Below are positions 24,531 through 37,915 of a stretch of 64,000 nt of DNA, in pieces (positions within the stretch are counted from its first letter, which is position 1; the number at the start of each line of letters is the position of its first letter). The stretch is taken from NCBI GenBank assembly GCA_043228905.1, contig JBHGNT010000001.1, forward strand, positions 30,690,001 through 30,754,000. Reading direction: 5' to 3'. Under the pieces are notes generated by a model. That model was given only the letters and a program-made list of their open reading frames with translations. It was not told the DNA's origin and did no database searches. Made by a program: the position numbers and the translations under genes. The DNA comes from Azolla caroliniana (taxonomy: Eukaryota; Plantae; Polypodiophyta).

Positions 24531-26182
24531 GATAAAAAAAAGTCAGAAAATATTGATCAGTAAGGGAATATTCAGATGTCTGATTGGAGATGAAACAATC
24601 TTCGTAATTTGCGCAACACTGCAGTAGCTGAGTTGAGATTGCAAAGAAAACATTGAATGAAGAAAGTGATTGATTATCTGAAACGAATGACTGCAGAGAT
24701 ATGTTGCTACATACCATGTGATTTGGCTCCATATCTACGACAAGTGAAAATTATGAGTACCATTGGTGGAGGTATCTCACATTCACTAGTGTGGCAAAGA
24801 AAGAAATGTTGTGCTGTTACATGAAGAAGGCCAAACTGGTCAATGTGAATCTAAACTGATTATGGAATTGCTTCAGTTCAGATATAGAGGAGTGATGCAA
24901 GAGCTGAAATCAATACATGAATGAAACAAAGGATTTAAACCAATTTCAACATCTTATGCTAGTATCTTGAAGGAGGCCAAACTGAACCATAAGAATCCAA
25001 ACCAATACAACATATTTCAGTCCACATACATAAATGAACCACCTTGATGCAAAAGTGCTGACTCCAAAAAGGAGTTATGTATATGAGATACAACTGTTTG
25101 ATAGAGCATTGCAACAATCTCGAAAGCAATACTCCGGTGATGCTGAGATAGCCTGGAATTTTCAGACCTCAAGTACGGACACCAACCTTTATGGACTGTC
25201 TATACTTCTTTTAGGATCATTGCTTTGCTGGATGTTCTCAGTCCTGTGCATATTTGGAATTTGGTGGGCTCAAAATCTCGTCTTCCCTATTTTCCTCGAC
25301 AAAGAGGGAGGCTATTGTAAATGAAATTGAAACATGCTGGGTGTTCTTTCCTTAAAAAAACTCATCCTCCTGGTTGTGTTTGCAATTCACATATTGCAAA
25401 AGACATGAACACTCTATTCAAGTATTGTTGATCACACTTATCAAAAGCCATTTGGTTTAAAAAGAGAATGATCTTAAGCCATTTGATGCATGCAGACAGA
25501 ATGATAGTCCTGATAAACATTTTTGTTCAGAAGCTATTCGGAGTGAAAAAGGTATTCTTCACAGAAAACTATTTTCTTTCCTCCAATCAATCCTTCAAAT
25601 GTGAAATCAGAAGCATTGTGTCCTCAGGGTATTATTTAACTAAAGATTTAGAACTTAGAAGATTATCTGTCTCAGCTAATCAGAACTGATAATAAGTACC
25701 CACCATCACACTGAATTGGTTGACAAAATAGAAGGGCAAATGTACAATCGTTTGGTTTGCACTATTATATATACTCTAGGGCACAACTTGACGAAAACAA
25801 AATTCTGCTCTAAGAAGTCCTCTCTTTACTTTTTACATCAAAATCCTGCTCAAGCACATTAACCTATGACTTAGCTACACAAAGACACTACCTGCTCAAG
25901 CATATCATTCCACGCCTTTACATTAGCTAGGCAATGAGATATAAAAAGAGATAAGAAGCACTGCATTAAAATAAAAATAAATAAATATCCAATTGAATTA
26001 TCTGGAAAATAAAATATAACGAGTATAAGTGGAACCATAACCTTGTTTATGGCATCACAAACAAGAGCATAAAAAAATTAAGAGTTAATGCTATTAGCTA
26101 ATAGCAAGACAGGTTTAAAGGCCCAGTACAAAATGAACTAATTATCCATAGCATTTGATAATCACTTTTTTCTCCAACGGTT

Positions 26183-29100
26183 TTACTGTTGTGCACACTG
26201 AACTCTTGGGGCACCTGCTTCTTCTTCTTCTTCGTAAGCTTCATGTGCAGATTGTTGTTGCTTCCTTCTCAGTTCTTCCTCCATATTTACATTTTCTAGT
26301 ATGGTTTCTTCACAATCATCAAGATCCATTTCTGTCAACCTTGGTCCGGAAGGTAGAATTGTTGTCAGGACTTTACATTGCTCTGTCGAAAAAAAGCCAG
26401 ACTCTGGAAAATCCACTGAAAAGTGAATATACAGTTTGCCTTTCATAAAACTCTGATAAATGGGCATTCCTTCGTCATTGATGGCTTTAAATTGATCTGT
26501 AATGCACAAAAGAAAGCAGCTTTGCAATGAAAAAACCATAAAAGAGAGTATCTGCAAACAATGTTGAGAAATAAAAAACATTCTCTCTAGTATCATGAAA
26601 TAAATGAGAGGAACATCTAGACTTCTACATGTACTATTTGAATCACTTTTCTTTGGAGTCAATGTCACAAACCTGGTTTCACAACCTCGCTAGGATCTGA
26701 TCTAATCAATAGTTGTCGGTTATCGAGATGGGAAAGAACAAATTGGAAGCCACAAAGAGCCTCTGTAAGATTCAATGAATGTTCTACAAACAGGTCATCA
26801 CCCTTTCTTTTAAACCTTGCATGTTCTTTAAGTTGCACCACAAATACTATATCACCCGTCACAGTATCAGGCTGCAAGATATATTGACCAAAAAACTGGT
26901 TTCAAATAGATTCTAGCTGTGGATACAAATTAACTTCAAAAACACATGGTTCCAAATCATTTTAGTTAGACAGAAATATGGCTTCAATAAATTCTGGGTG
27001 TGAATTTTTTTCTACTTACCGCCTCATCTGCTTCTCCAGGGAAAGTGATCTTCTGTCCATGTTGCATACCCTTGTCTATATGTACTTCTAAAGCCTTGTT
27101 TTGTTGGACGACCTTCTCTCCTTTACAGAGACCACACTTATCTTTCTCATTGATAATTTCTCCTACATTGATACAAAAAATGGAAGTTAGCATTAGACAC
27201 GCCACTATATCGATTCATAACAGAGGTAAGTTAGCAAGAGGATATGGTTAACTCCACACCTACTTACTGAAAGGAAGACGTACCTGAACCTTTACACTCT
27301 GCACATACATGTTGCATCTGCTGTATCATACCAGGCCCTATTTGTCTGACAGAAACCTTCACACCAGACCCTTGACAACTAGCACATTTCATTGAAGCTC
27401 CACTTTTAGAGCCATTTCTGCAAAGGTTATTATGTCCAATAACATCAAAATGAAGTAGAGAATAAACAACAATAAAAGATAAGAGGATGGACGGAGAGGT
27501 GTATAGACATACCCTTTGCATTTAGAACAGAGTACATTCCTAGATAATGATAGCTTCTTTAACGATCCATTATATAGGTCTTCGAGGGACACCTTTAAAG
27601 GATGCACAAGATCGTCTCCACGCTTTTGTCTTCTACTACCTCGGCTACTACCCCCTATTTGACAGGTAAAGCAAAATTAAATAAAAGACCTGCGCTGTCT
27701 TAGTTTTTTATTCAAAAAGCATTGTTTAATCAGTCATTGAAGAATCAGCCACTCAAACAAATGAAGGAAAATTAAATAAAAAAATAGTACATCTTCATAT
27801 TATTTACTTAAAAATGCATCAATTATTCGTTTTAAATAGTTATCACAAAACTAGCTCCACAACTGCCTCATATTGAACAGGGAAAGCGGAATTATATAAA
27901 AGATCTATATTGCCATTGTTTTTCTACTTAAAGAATATCAATCTCTCAGTTGAATCAGTTATTGCCAAAGTAGCTCAGCTACTAGTTAATAACATAAAGC
28001 AAATGAGCATTAAAAAGCTACAGAACTGCAGCTTTTATTCAAAAACATCAATGTAGTAAAAACATCAATGTAGCTATCACCTAGTTTTCTCAGAGACTCT
28101 GACTGTTACGTTTTGGGACCCTAATTTTGGAAATGATCAAAATCTCACTCTAGCTTACCCAAATTTTGGAACTGACACTAAATTCGGACAAGTTCCCAGA
28201 ATGCCTCAAATTAATTTTTCCCATAATATTCAAAGCTCGAAAGTTAATTTACTTTGATTAAGGAAACATATTTGAAGCACTTGCTTCTAATTTACTTTAA
28301 ATGTAAATCTCAACTTTGAAAATTTAAGATGATTGGTTGCTAATTAAAACTAGATGATGATTTGGTAGAAAAAACGTTGATGATTTGCAATCATAATTAT
28401 AAAAAACCCAATTAAATTGAGGCCTTTTGGAAACTCAGTGAGCTAGAATGGTGTATCAGCGATTGTAATAACCTAGGGTGGCATTTTTATATTTATTCCT
28501 GAATTAAGAGAAAGACCAACCTCCGAAAGGACCCGCACCTCCACCTCCAAAGAAGGATTCAAAGATATCAAATGGATTGTGACCACCACTGCTGCCTCCT
28601 CCCATTCCTTCCTTAAGAGCATCCTCACCGTACTGATCATAAATCTCCTTCTTCTCAGGGTCACTCAAGACTTCATATGCTTGAGCCAACTCTTTGAACT
28701 GCAAGAAACATATGGTAGCAGAAAAAGAGATCATAGAAAGAAATATAGCACTGTGAACTGCTTAATGGAAAGGCTAAAAATAAGAGCGACTTCCTAAATG
28801 TAGAGAATAAATAACAGCAACTAAGAGAGAAACCTTGATAAGGCGGACAATGATAAGGCCAAAGCACAAGCATAGCAGAAAACAGAGAGACACATCTTGA
28901 TGATATTCAGATATCATGCTCAACTACCAATATGTGTGTTATCTCTAATATGTAGAGGATATTCTATATCCTACCTAAATGAAGATAACAATGAGAGAGT
29001 TGTTGCAAACAAGTGAAGGTACTGACATATAGAGGAACCCTCTCCCTTATTGTCAAGAGTTGGTTCATTGAATATTCTCAGTGCTAACATACATACTTTG

Positions 29101-30411
29101 TCTTTGGAATACTCGTTTCTCTCACTCTGTCATACACACACACACACCACATAGACACACACCACATAGACACCTAATCTATCCACTGCGTGAGAACTAT
29201 ATGTTTAGTTCCCTTAATTATTTACGAATGAATTCCGGAAGAGAAGGACAAAAAATTAAATGGTTTTCACGAAATATAGATACCAAGTAGCAAGACAAAG
29301 ACAAACAGAGAAAGTTGGATATGGAAGACCAGAAGATTAAACATACTGTTGATGAAAAGCATATAGAGACAATGCAGTAAATCACATGCATAACTATAAA
29401 AACAAATACAGATGACTGAGAAAGCCCTCAATGAGATGCAAAAAAGAAAATGCGAAAGGGAAAAACATTTTTAGGATATGGATAAACGATAAAGCTGTAT
29501 GGAACCATGAAGGGAAGGCAAAAATGGTCAGTTTTTATGAAATGTAAATTTTTAAATGCCTTCTCAGAAAGAAGTATCATCTAGAAAAAGCTTGATGTAA
29601 TGGAAAAAGATGAAGAACTCGAGAAGGAGATTTTTACAGATAACAGTGAGATACTCCCTATGAAAGATCACCACAAAAAATGTACAATAAGAAGGTGAAA
29701 TATATGCAAAATTTACTTTTTCACAATGAATGACCAAAAGAATGCTAAAAGTAACAAATGAAAATGTCAAGAGAAAAAGCTTTTTACAAAATCTAGAAAA
29801 TTGAACTTCCCGGAAGAATCCATGAAACACATAGAAGGAAAACGAACTTCTTACAGAAAAGAAATATAATATTGGAAAAAGAGATCCATTCGAAAAATCA
29901 AGGGCTTTGACGAAGTGCAAAGAACTTGACTTCTCATAAATGGACACTACACAGAAAACAAAACTGTTGAATCGTAGAGAAATGCCTTCACAGAAAAAAG
30001 AGATGACAGAAAATGCTTCACAAGGGGGGGAAAAGAACGGCAGAGCAGTTTCCTTTTCAAAATGAGATCACAAAAAAAAGAATACAAGAAGAGATGCACA
30101 AGCCAATAAATCACCTTCTCAGGAAAAGAGAAGAAAATCCTAAACGGGAGAGGTTTGTCACAAAATGCATGGAAATTACGTTATCTGCTTGATGAATACG
30201 AGCATAAATGAAACGCCTGGAAGGAAATGCGTAGTTTTGCTAAATGGTCGAGAAAACTAACCTTCTCAGGATCACCTCCTTTATCTGGATGATTCTTAAT
30301 GGCAGCTTTCCGGTAAGCTTTCTTGAGCTCATCTGCAGAGGCACTTTTTGGAACGCCTAACACTTCATAGTATCTGTTATTATCACTCTTCTTAGGAACT
30401 CGTCCAAACAT
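26183..30411 (-). CDS. DNAJA: Type I DnaJ/Hsp40 (ATJ2/ATJ3-like); exons 30411-30262, 28698-28521, 27654-27513, 27417-27284, 27162-27020, 26871-26673, 26496-26183
   Basis: J domain with HPDK, G/F-rich region, four CxxCxGxG-type zinc-finger repeats and C-terminal CAQQ farnesylation motif; all junctions are GT-AG with compatible phases. Confidence 0.96.
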
Positions 30412-31356
30412 GTTGACAATGATTCAGAGATGAAGAAATGGTCAAATTAGGAATAGATCGTCAGCGAACTGATTATAGTTCTACTGTGTAGGAACGGAGA
30501 TTCAGCCAGGGATTTCTCAGATATTTTTCTTGAAATCACTGAATCGTCTATAGTTCTATTGCGTGTAAATGCCTGATCATGGAGACAAAGTTCTTCTGTT
30601 AACTGTGTAGGGATCTACTATGTTGGCATAAACGGTCGATACAGAGAGGAATTCTTTAAGTGAAATATTTCGAGATATACGGTGTAGCGAAGGAGATCAA
30701 AAGCTTTCCCCGATTCTGAGAAGTCTTTCTGTGAGCTGTGGCACAGAGTTTTGCTACCGCGCGCGTGAGAAAGATCAGTCCAAAGCTTTTCCTGAGATAA
30801 TCTGCGATCAGCGTAAGCTACGGCAGGAAAGCCAAGGAGATCGAACGATCGCGGCTGGAGAAGAAAAACACAGTAGAGAGAGAAAGGCACAAGTAGGAGT
30901 CGTCGAAGAAGAAGAAGACGAGAGAGAGAGAAGGTCAAATATGACTCTATGAGACCAAACATTTTACATTTCACGTGATACATGTGAAAGTGAGTAGAAA
31001 TTCTGGAGATGTTGAAGAACTTTACTGATGAATATTGTGGTTGTGAGAGAAATTCGTGCAAGGATTGGGGTTGGTCAAATATGTGTCGAAAGCATAGTCG
31101 AATATGGTCAAAGGCAAAGAGAGCATTTGTATCAAAGTGTGATACTCAAGACTCACGAAAGAACTTGTTTAGGGCAAAGTGTGTGCATAGTTGACCACTC
31201 TCATCACTTGTGCCCCAACGCCCTGTCTCACATCACAAAATGCATGTGAGCTAAGTCACATGGAAGCAATGGTTCAAATGGCAGACAATGGGATAGGCTC
31301 TAACATGTATCGATTGATATGTATGGCTTCCCCGTTCTATAGAGAGAGAGAGAGAG

Positions 31357-31429
31357 ATGGATGTAGCCCAGTTGGTAAGGTTGCCCAATGGAGACCAGGT
31401 GGTCATGGGTTCAACCCCTACATTCCGCA
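31357..31429 (+). mobile_element. tRNA-derived SINE head / tRNA pseudogene
   Basis: A box TAGCCCAGTTGG (31364), B box GGTTCAACCCC (31408), imperfect acceptor and T stems; no recognisable anticodon arm; preceded by (GA)n. Confidence 0.5.
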
Positions 31430-31476
31430 ATGGCATCTAGTGAAATAGAGATATATATGAAGTATATAATAGAGAG

Positions 31477-31555
31477 GTGAAGAAATTGGGTTTCGAACCC
31501 AAGACACAAGCTAATTACGATAAAAAAAGAAGAATTTGGACCGTGTGTTATTGTC
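31477..31555 (-). mobile_element. Second, convergent tRNA-like SINE remnant
   Basis: Minus strand has a perfect T-arm TTGGG-TTCGAAA-CCCAA with B box GGTTCGAAACC and a weak A-box-like TAACACACGG. Confidence 0.35.
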
Positions 31556-32826
31556 TCTCTAAAGAAACATTTGCAATGAGTCCCAACGGCAGCATCAATT
31601 TGCTTTTACTTTTAATTTGGGCGGGTGTCGACAAATCCCAACCATTTGTTCCTTACATACATATTTGTGGTCCTCCAAAGATGTGGTGGGTGTTATAATA
31701 AGAGTCCCCCAAAGTTCACAAGTTTCCACATCTCTTCTTCTTCTTCTTCTTTATTGGGATCCTCTCTCTATAAAGAAGTAGGTTGATCAAACAGACTCGT
31801 GCACACACAATTGTGATAGCAATAACCTGCCCCAAATTTTGAGAACATACATGAACGGAAGCACAAATAACTTGACCAACTTCACAAAGAATTGGAACCA
31901 TCCAAAGAGGCCTACAACTTGGATGAGCATTTTTCAATATCTATGCACAAATTTCGAGGGCCCCAAAAATCTCCTTTGCTAACTATTTGAATCTTTTTCC
32001 ACTTTCCATGCAAGGGAATTATATGGTATTATCATTATGGTCCCTTAAAATATATCTCCAAACAGTATCTGAGTTATAAATTCTGAGTTTTGTAATACAA
32101 TACTACTTGTCTTAAAGCGTTTAAGTCAACCCCTCGCTAAGTTACTAATTTTCACAACTAGAAGGAGCATCATTTTATGAGGTCATGGAATCTTTTGGTT
32201 CATCAACTTTCTCGTCAATTGGTTTTCTTTGTCTATGAGAAACTAGAAACTAGTGAGAACATAAATCATCGATGTTCATGGCCCGTCCAATTCTACATAT
32301 AACAAAAAATAAGTTAAAAGTGCACAAATGGGCTCTACATATGTACAAATAGTTGTGTACACAATATGTAAGTTGCATATATATAAGTCCATCATTTAAA
32401 TTGTATACAAGTTTCCAGGGAATTTGCACTATATCCTAATTCTACATGGTTCCCTTTAGTTCACTTGTGCAGAATCAGTAGCATCAAGAAACATTGTAAA
32501 ACTTCAAAGTAACGCAGCAGAACTCCAATTAAGGAGAGACTGATGTTTTATTTGCTTTACAGTATTAATCCATATATCAGAGCTTCCCTTTGAATTACCC
32601 GGTATCACATTCATTACTTGTATATTTTGCAATGTATATCTTGAAACTGTCAGAATGTTTTACACAAATCCACACAAAATGTGGCCTACCACAAAACAAT
32701 GTGCCATTTCTAAAGAAAGCTCTATAACCATTACTTGCTAGCTCTTGAGAATTGATATTGGTCAAATAATAGTATGGTTTATAATGACCTCCAGAAAGAA
32801 CTCATCTTAACATTTAGACACATTCT

Positions 32827-35779
32827 TTACAAAGGAGTTGTAGCGTCTGGAACTCTCTCACGGTTTGTAAGCTTGAACCGTTTCCTAAATTCCAATAATG
32901 ATGACCTTTTCGGTGTCAGTAATTTTTGTTGCTGTCTTTGGATCTTCTTCATAGCGTGAAACCGACCACCACGAAAACCTAATCCGTACCTGAAACAAAT
33001 ATTAAACTTTGGGCATAACGTTAAAACAATGACACTATACTGCACAACTCAACCATTTCTACTAGCAACAAAGTTGGACTTTTACCCAATCACCAGTGTT
33101 GTTCCAGCTGTTGCAACACAAGACGTTAAACTAACACCTGGTTTTGTCAACGCTTTAACTTGTTGTTCTTCAAGACTATGAACAGTTGTCATCTGCACAG
33201 CATGAAAGAAAAACAGAGGAACAAATTCAGCTTGAGAGTTACAGTTTAACCCCAAGGGAGGAGCAAGAAAAAAAGGTTTCTTCAAGACTATGAACAATTT
33301 TCATCTGCAGAACATGAAAGAAAAACAGAGAGAACATATTCAGCTTGTGCGTTACAGTTTAAACTTTAACCCCAGAGGATCAAGAAAAAATGGTTATGAG
33401 ACAAATCATGCGAGAGAGTGTTTGATGTTGTAGCCATCATCATTGCAGTGTATATTCTAAGAGCCACGTGCTAATACAATAACTTTTGTCAAAAGAAGAA
33501 GAAGAGAGGCCAACATAGCTTACAAGGTCTAAAAACATAATAAAGTAATTCTCATGCATACATAGAGAAATCAGCTAAAGTCTAGTGCTCACACAAAAGC
33601 CAAAGAAAACCTAAGGTACAGGCTTTAAGATAAAACAAGAGACGGGGAACAGCGTCACACAGGTGCTTACCACATGTTCTATTGTGTCTAACCGTGCTTC
33701 AACCTTTCTTTGGTGCAATTGCCGTGCTGCATATCCTGGAAGACAATGCACCATTAAAGCATAAGTCAAACTTCCTTATTGTGAATTTTTGTTGAAGATA
33801 TCTATTAGTAAAAAGGAATAACACCATCATACTTCACCTTTATGCCTCAAAGCATCTAATATGGTATTATCCACATATGGAATGAACAAATGCATTGGGT
33901 AACTTTTTTTTATCCTTAACTATTTTGTAAAAGGAATAACATTATACTTTACATTCATGCTCAGAGAACTTAACATGGTATTATCCACAATGGAACTATG
34001 AAAACAAAGGCATTGGGTAATTTTATTTTTATCCTGAGCATTAGTACGACCATAGCAGGAAGGTAATAGCATACTTTATTATGCAGATGGCTGCTCTAGG
34101 TAAATATTAAAACTGAGAAGCGATGGTAGAGATCACAAGAATACCCATGTGAAGATGCTTCTAACATACAGAGGCAGGAAATTCCTCTAAAAAGGATATC
34201 TGACAGCCACTTGTGGATGGTTTCTCATCAATGCATTATCCATCTCCTGTCTCTCTATTCGGAGCACATGAGATCCCATTTCCATTAGTGCAATGGCACA
34301 TTGCGTTAGTTTTGGATAGTTTGTGTACTTTGAATTCGGGATTGAATTATTTATAACAATATCAATATTGGTTATGAGGTATTTTCCAGAATGCTCACGT
34401 TCTGACCTACATGTGGGCGTTTTCCACTTCGTATGGAGAGTTTAATATGGGTAAATCAAGCTTCAGCTCATGTTCTCTTTTCTTTCTTTCCATAAAGTTT
34501 TATTTTGCACATCTCAAGGTTCTACTTCCCATTTTGCAAACCACTTTCTGATACCATTCACCTACTTAAAGTGAGAAATGCAAGCTTTTTCCACCCCTCA
34601 TCAAGTCAATATCTAATCCTGGAAACCATGTCACTATTGTTGATGGCAACAGTATTATATGTTTCAACTTTCTACTATGCCACTATTGTTGTTGTCAATG
34701 ACCATAATTTTCTCCACCGTGTGCCATTATTGTCATTATCAATAAACACAAAGTTGAATGTTTCGATTGTACGATTAAATATTTTCAATAACCAAACTAT
34801 TGTACCAAGTGCATTCCTAAAGCCCAATGGCTATGGTAACCAAAACACCAAAAAAATAACATATTTCAGATTTTCTTCCATATCTCGATGGTACATCAGA
34901 AGAAAATGAAAAGCCATTGAATAAACGAATTTGAAAGGAAACTAAACATAGCAAAAAGATCAGTTGAATTTTTCCTTGGGGAAAAAAGGATCATTCCTTT
35001 TGAAAAGGAAATGTTCTGTGGAGGAAGATGCATATCATGTCAATATTTTATTTCTTTCATTTTTCACATTAAATGTGAGCCAATTGTCTAGCAGTACATG
35101 CAACAACAAAAAATTTGCATTCAAAAGATTCACTACATACCTGTCCAAGCAGCCCCTGCCGAAGCCAAAGATGCAGCAAGTGTTAAGACAACTTTGTGCC
35201 TCTCAAACACATCCTGTATAAACGAACAAAAATCAACTCTTTCCTTTCATTATGTAGCAAAACACAAAAGACAAGGAGAAATGAATAATATGAAAAAGAA
35301 CTGAGAAATAAAACTCAATAGAAGAAGAAAAAAAATGATGAAAGACACAAGAAATGGAAGAAAGACTGGAGAATGCAAGAAAGGCATTTCGATGTAGAAA
35401 AAGAGAAACACAAAAACAAAAAGAAGAAGATAAGCGGACCTTGATGAATAAGGAAAATGAGAGAAGTTAAATAGAAAAAGAAGAAGATGAGAGTGCATTG
35501 ACAGACCAAAGAGCGAAAGAAGAAATGGAAGAAAAAACGAGGAGAAAAACAAAATGGCGAAAGAAGTACAAAGAAGAAACAAACAACCACAAAAAAGAAG
35601 AGGAGGAGGAAGGAAGATACCTTGATGGAGAAGTAAGTGTCAGAGACAGCATTGAAGCTCTGTGAGGATTTAGATCTCAACCTTTCAACGATGGAACGGT
35701 ATATTCCGTGCAGAGAAGTAGAGGAAGGATTAGGGTTTAACGAAGGGATCCATCGAGCAGACGATCGCCCACACGACAT
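32827..35779 (-). CDS. Conserved uncharacterised small plant membrane protein (~190 aa); exons 35779-35621, 35213-35141, 33735-33671, 33192-33086, 32989-32827
   Basis: Spliced product ...NAVSDTYFSIKDVFERHKVVLTLAASLASAGAAWTGYAARQLHQRKVEARLDTIEHV...CVATAGTTLVIGYGLGFRGG... resembles a remembered conserved land-plant protein of unknown function; GT-AG junctions are in phase. Confidence 0.8.
33166..33393. repeat. ~112-bp tandem duplication spanning an intron/exon boundary
   Basis: ttcttcaagactatgaaca.tt.tcatctgca...catgaaagaaaaacagag...attcagcttg...gttacagttt occurs at 33166 and again at 33278. Confidence 0.9.
33802..34038. repeat. Diverged ~118-bp intronic tandem duplication
   Basis: aaaggaataac...atggtattatccaca...cattgggtaa.tttt.tttatcct occurs twice. 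Confidence 0.75.
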
Positions 35780-35884
35780 GGACGTCTGCGTGTTAATCCA
35801 CCCCTATTCTGATCTCTCTTCACTTCTCTTATAGTCGCTGTTCTGCACACAATTTTGGAGAGAGAAAGAAAGAAGATATATGAG

Positions 35885-35916
<32 letters not shown>

Positions 35917-35969
35917 GTAAGTAGTGTTTTTTACACACATTTTATTAATATAATTGTGTGTTTTCACCA

Positions 35970-36000
<31 letters not shown>

Positions 36001-37915
36001 GAAGGCTTGTTTGGTTGGAGAAGGAGAATACATCACTCTCTCCCTCTCAAAATATGTAATGTGTTTCATTACGGATTTATTATTAGTAATCGAGTCCTGA
36101 ACGCTATAGATCTTGTTGTTTTATTATGCTTGGTTACACATAATAGACATTGAGATTCATAATAGAAAGAAAGAAAGGAAGAAAGATGTATTGATGTCTT
36201 TTAAGAGAAGCATATTGTGTGACCAAATCTTATGGAAAACACTCTCGAGATATCGGCATTGTTCGAGTAAATATATGAAATGCATATATGTATGTACTAT
36301 CGTGTGCTTGTCCTTTTTTATTCCCCCCTCCATCTAAATATATCTCTTCTTGATCCTATTAAGACACATAAGGACATAGATAGTGACACCTACACATGCA
36401 GAAACCTTGGCAATCACTCACAATCCAACATAGTCAAAAAGACCGGAACATGATTTGAATTTTCCATGACATACATTACTACAACGATCAAACCCCAATT
36501 AGCATAACATGAACGAAATCTTTGAACGTATGTTAATATTGGAATATCACCCTCTCAATCTACATTTTCTCTATGACACGCTTCATGATTATGATTTCCA
36601 AATGTAGCTAGTAGACTTTTTCCCCAAAAATAGCTAGTAGTTTTATATCAAACGTCCAAGCCTTTTGTCGTGATTTATTGTCTTTTAGATGTATTTCTAG
36701 AGAGATTAGACATTCATTTAATATATGTCATGTTTTTGTTTGTTTCATTGGCCCTTTCACCTTGATTAACTTTAAAAACTTAGACTGGCCCTTTGGATTT
36801 TTCTACATTGGTTATTAGATGGTGATTTATATTTCCTATCACATGTTGAATGTGGAAAAATAGATATTGCAAGCACAAGCACAAGTAACATTTATGGAAA
36901 TTCTAAATGAGTTGTTGTGACTTTTTGATGGGTTTGGTTAAAGTGTCATGTATCCTTCATTGTACGAACCAAAACACGTCTGGATAAATAGTTATGCTAT
37001 TCAAACTATACACGTGCTGTTATCAAAAGTAAAAGGTGCACTATGGATGCATTTTAAATATGAGCAAGTCTTCTAAACATAAGTGCATCCTTTAGGATAT
37101 GAACCAAATTTACAACGGTTTGGAATATTAAATAAATGCATCAAGACATTATGAGGCAATGGAGACTTTCGAATGCATATGCCACATATGGTTGCATAAC
37201 ATCATACTGAATAAACAATGCAATGCTTTAACATGCTTCCGTAATGATTTATAGAAGGAGAGAATAAATGATAGATATCATTCCTAGAGAAAAAGAGCAA
37301 ACCAATAAATGAATGAGACCTTTACATGAGAAAGAATAGGTAAGGAACAAAGGTATGAAATCATTCATTATTCAAAGACAAAAGTAGAAATTTCTGGCTT
37401 CCTTAAAAAAACCACCACGCCATAGATGGCTAAACCCAAGTAGGAACAAAATGAATTTAGCTGGAGGAACGAGGATTTTACAACTTTAACTAGGCATTGG
37501 GAAAATGCCCAAAAATATGCAGTAATTTAAGGGGTCTACCCATATGCATGAATAATAAAACAAATCACAAGGACAACAAAAAATTGACAATATTTGAATA
37601 AATATTTAGCTTCAGAGGACTAGCAGCTTTTCTAGTGGTTCAGCCTCATGCCCTTCTAGCCACTAGTTGAGGTTCAACCCCAGCCTTTGTCCTTGGCTGC
37701 TACAAATGGCAATCTACCCCAGTTTAGATCATGATACAAACAGTATTACACACTGTTTAAAGTTAATTATATCCTGTTTATAAGATAAGGAGCTGATTGC
37801 AAAGTAAAATTACAATTTTTTTGCTTTCCCAAGTAAATTTGATCAAGAGAAATCACACAAAAAAGAAGGTATGCCATCTCTCTTTGAAGCCTTTTATATA
37901 TCTTCTTCTTCTTCT

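Noticed and set aside
30990-31025. Heat-shock element upstream of DnaJ (agaaattctggagatgttgaagaactt)
   Set aside because: GAA/TTC spacing does not fit three consecutive nGAAn units.
31357-31429. Functional tRNA gene
   Set aside because: Mismatched acceptor and T stems, no anticodon stem-loop and no oligo-T terminator.
35250-35620. Phe/Leu-rich hydrophobic ORFs (also 29564-29947)
   Set aside because: Low-complexity T/C-rich intron sequence, not membrane-protein genes.
37638-37681. CTAGTGG...CCACTAG hairpin with B-box-like GGTTCAACCCC
   Set aside because: Too short, and no convincing A box or cloverleaf; compatible with chance or an unrecognisable SINE relic.
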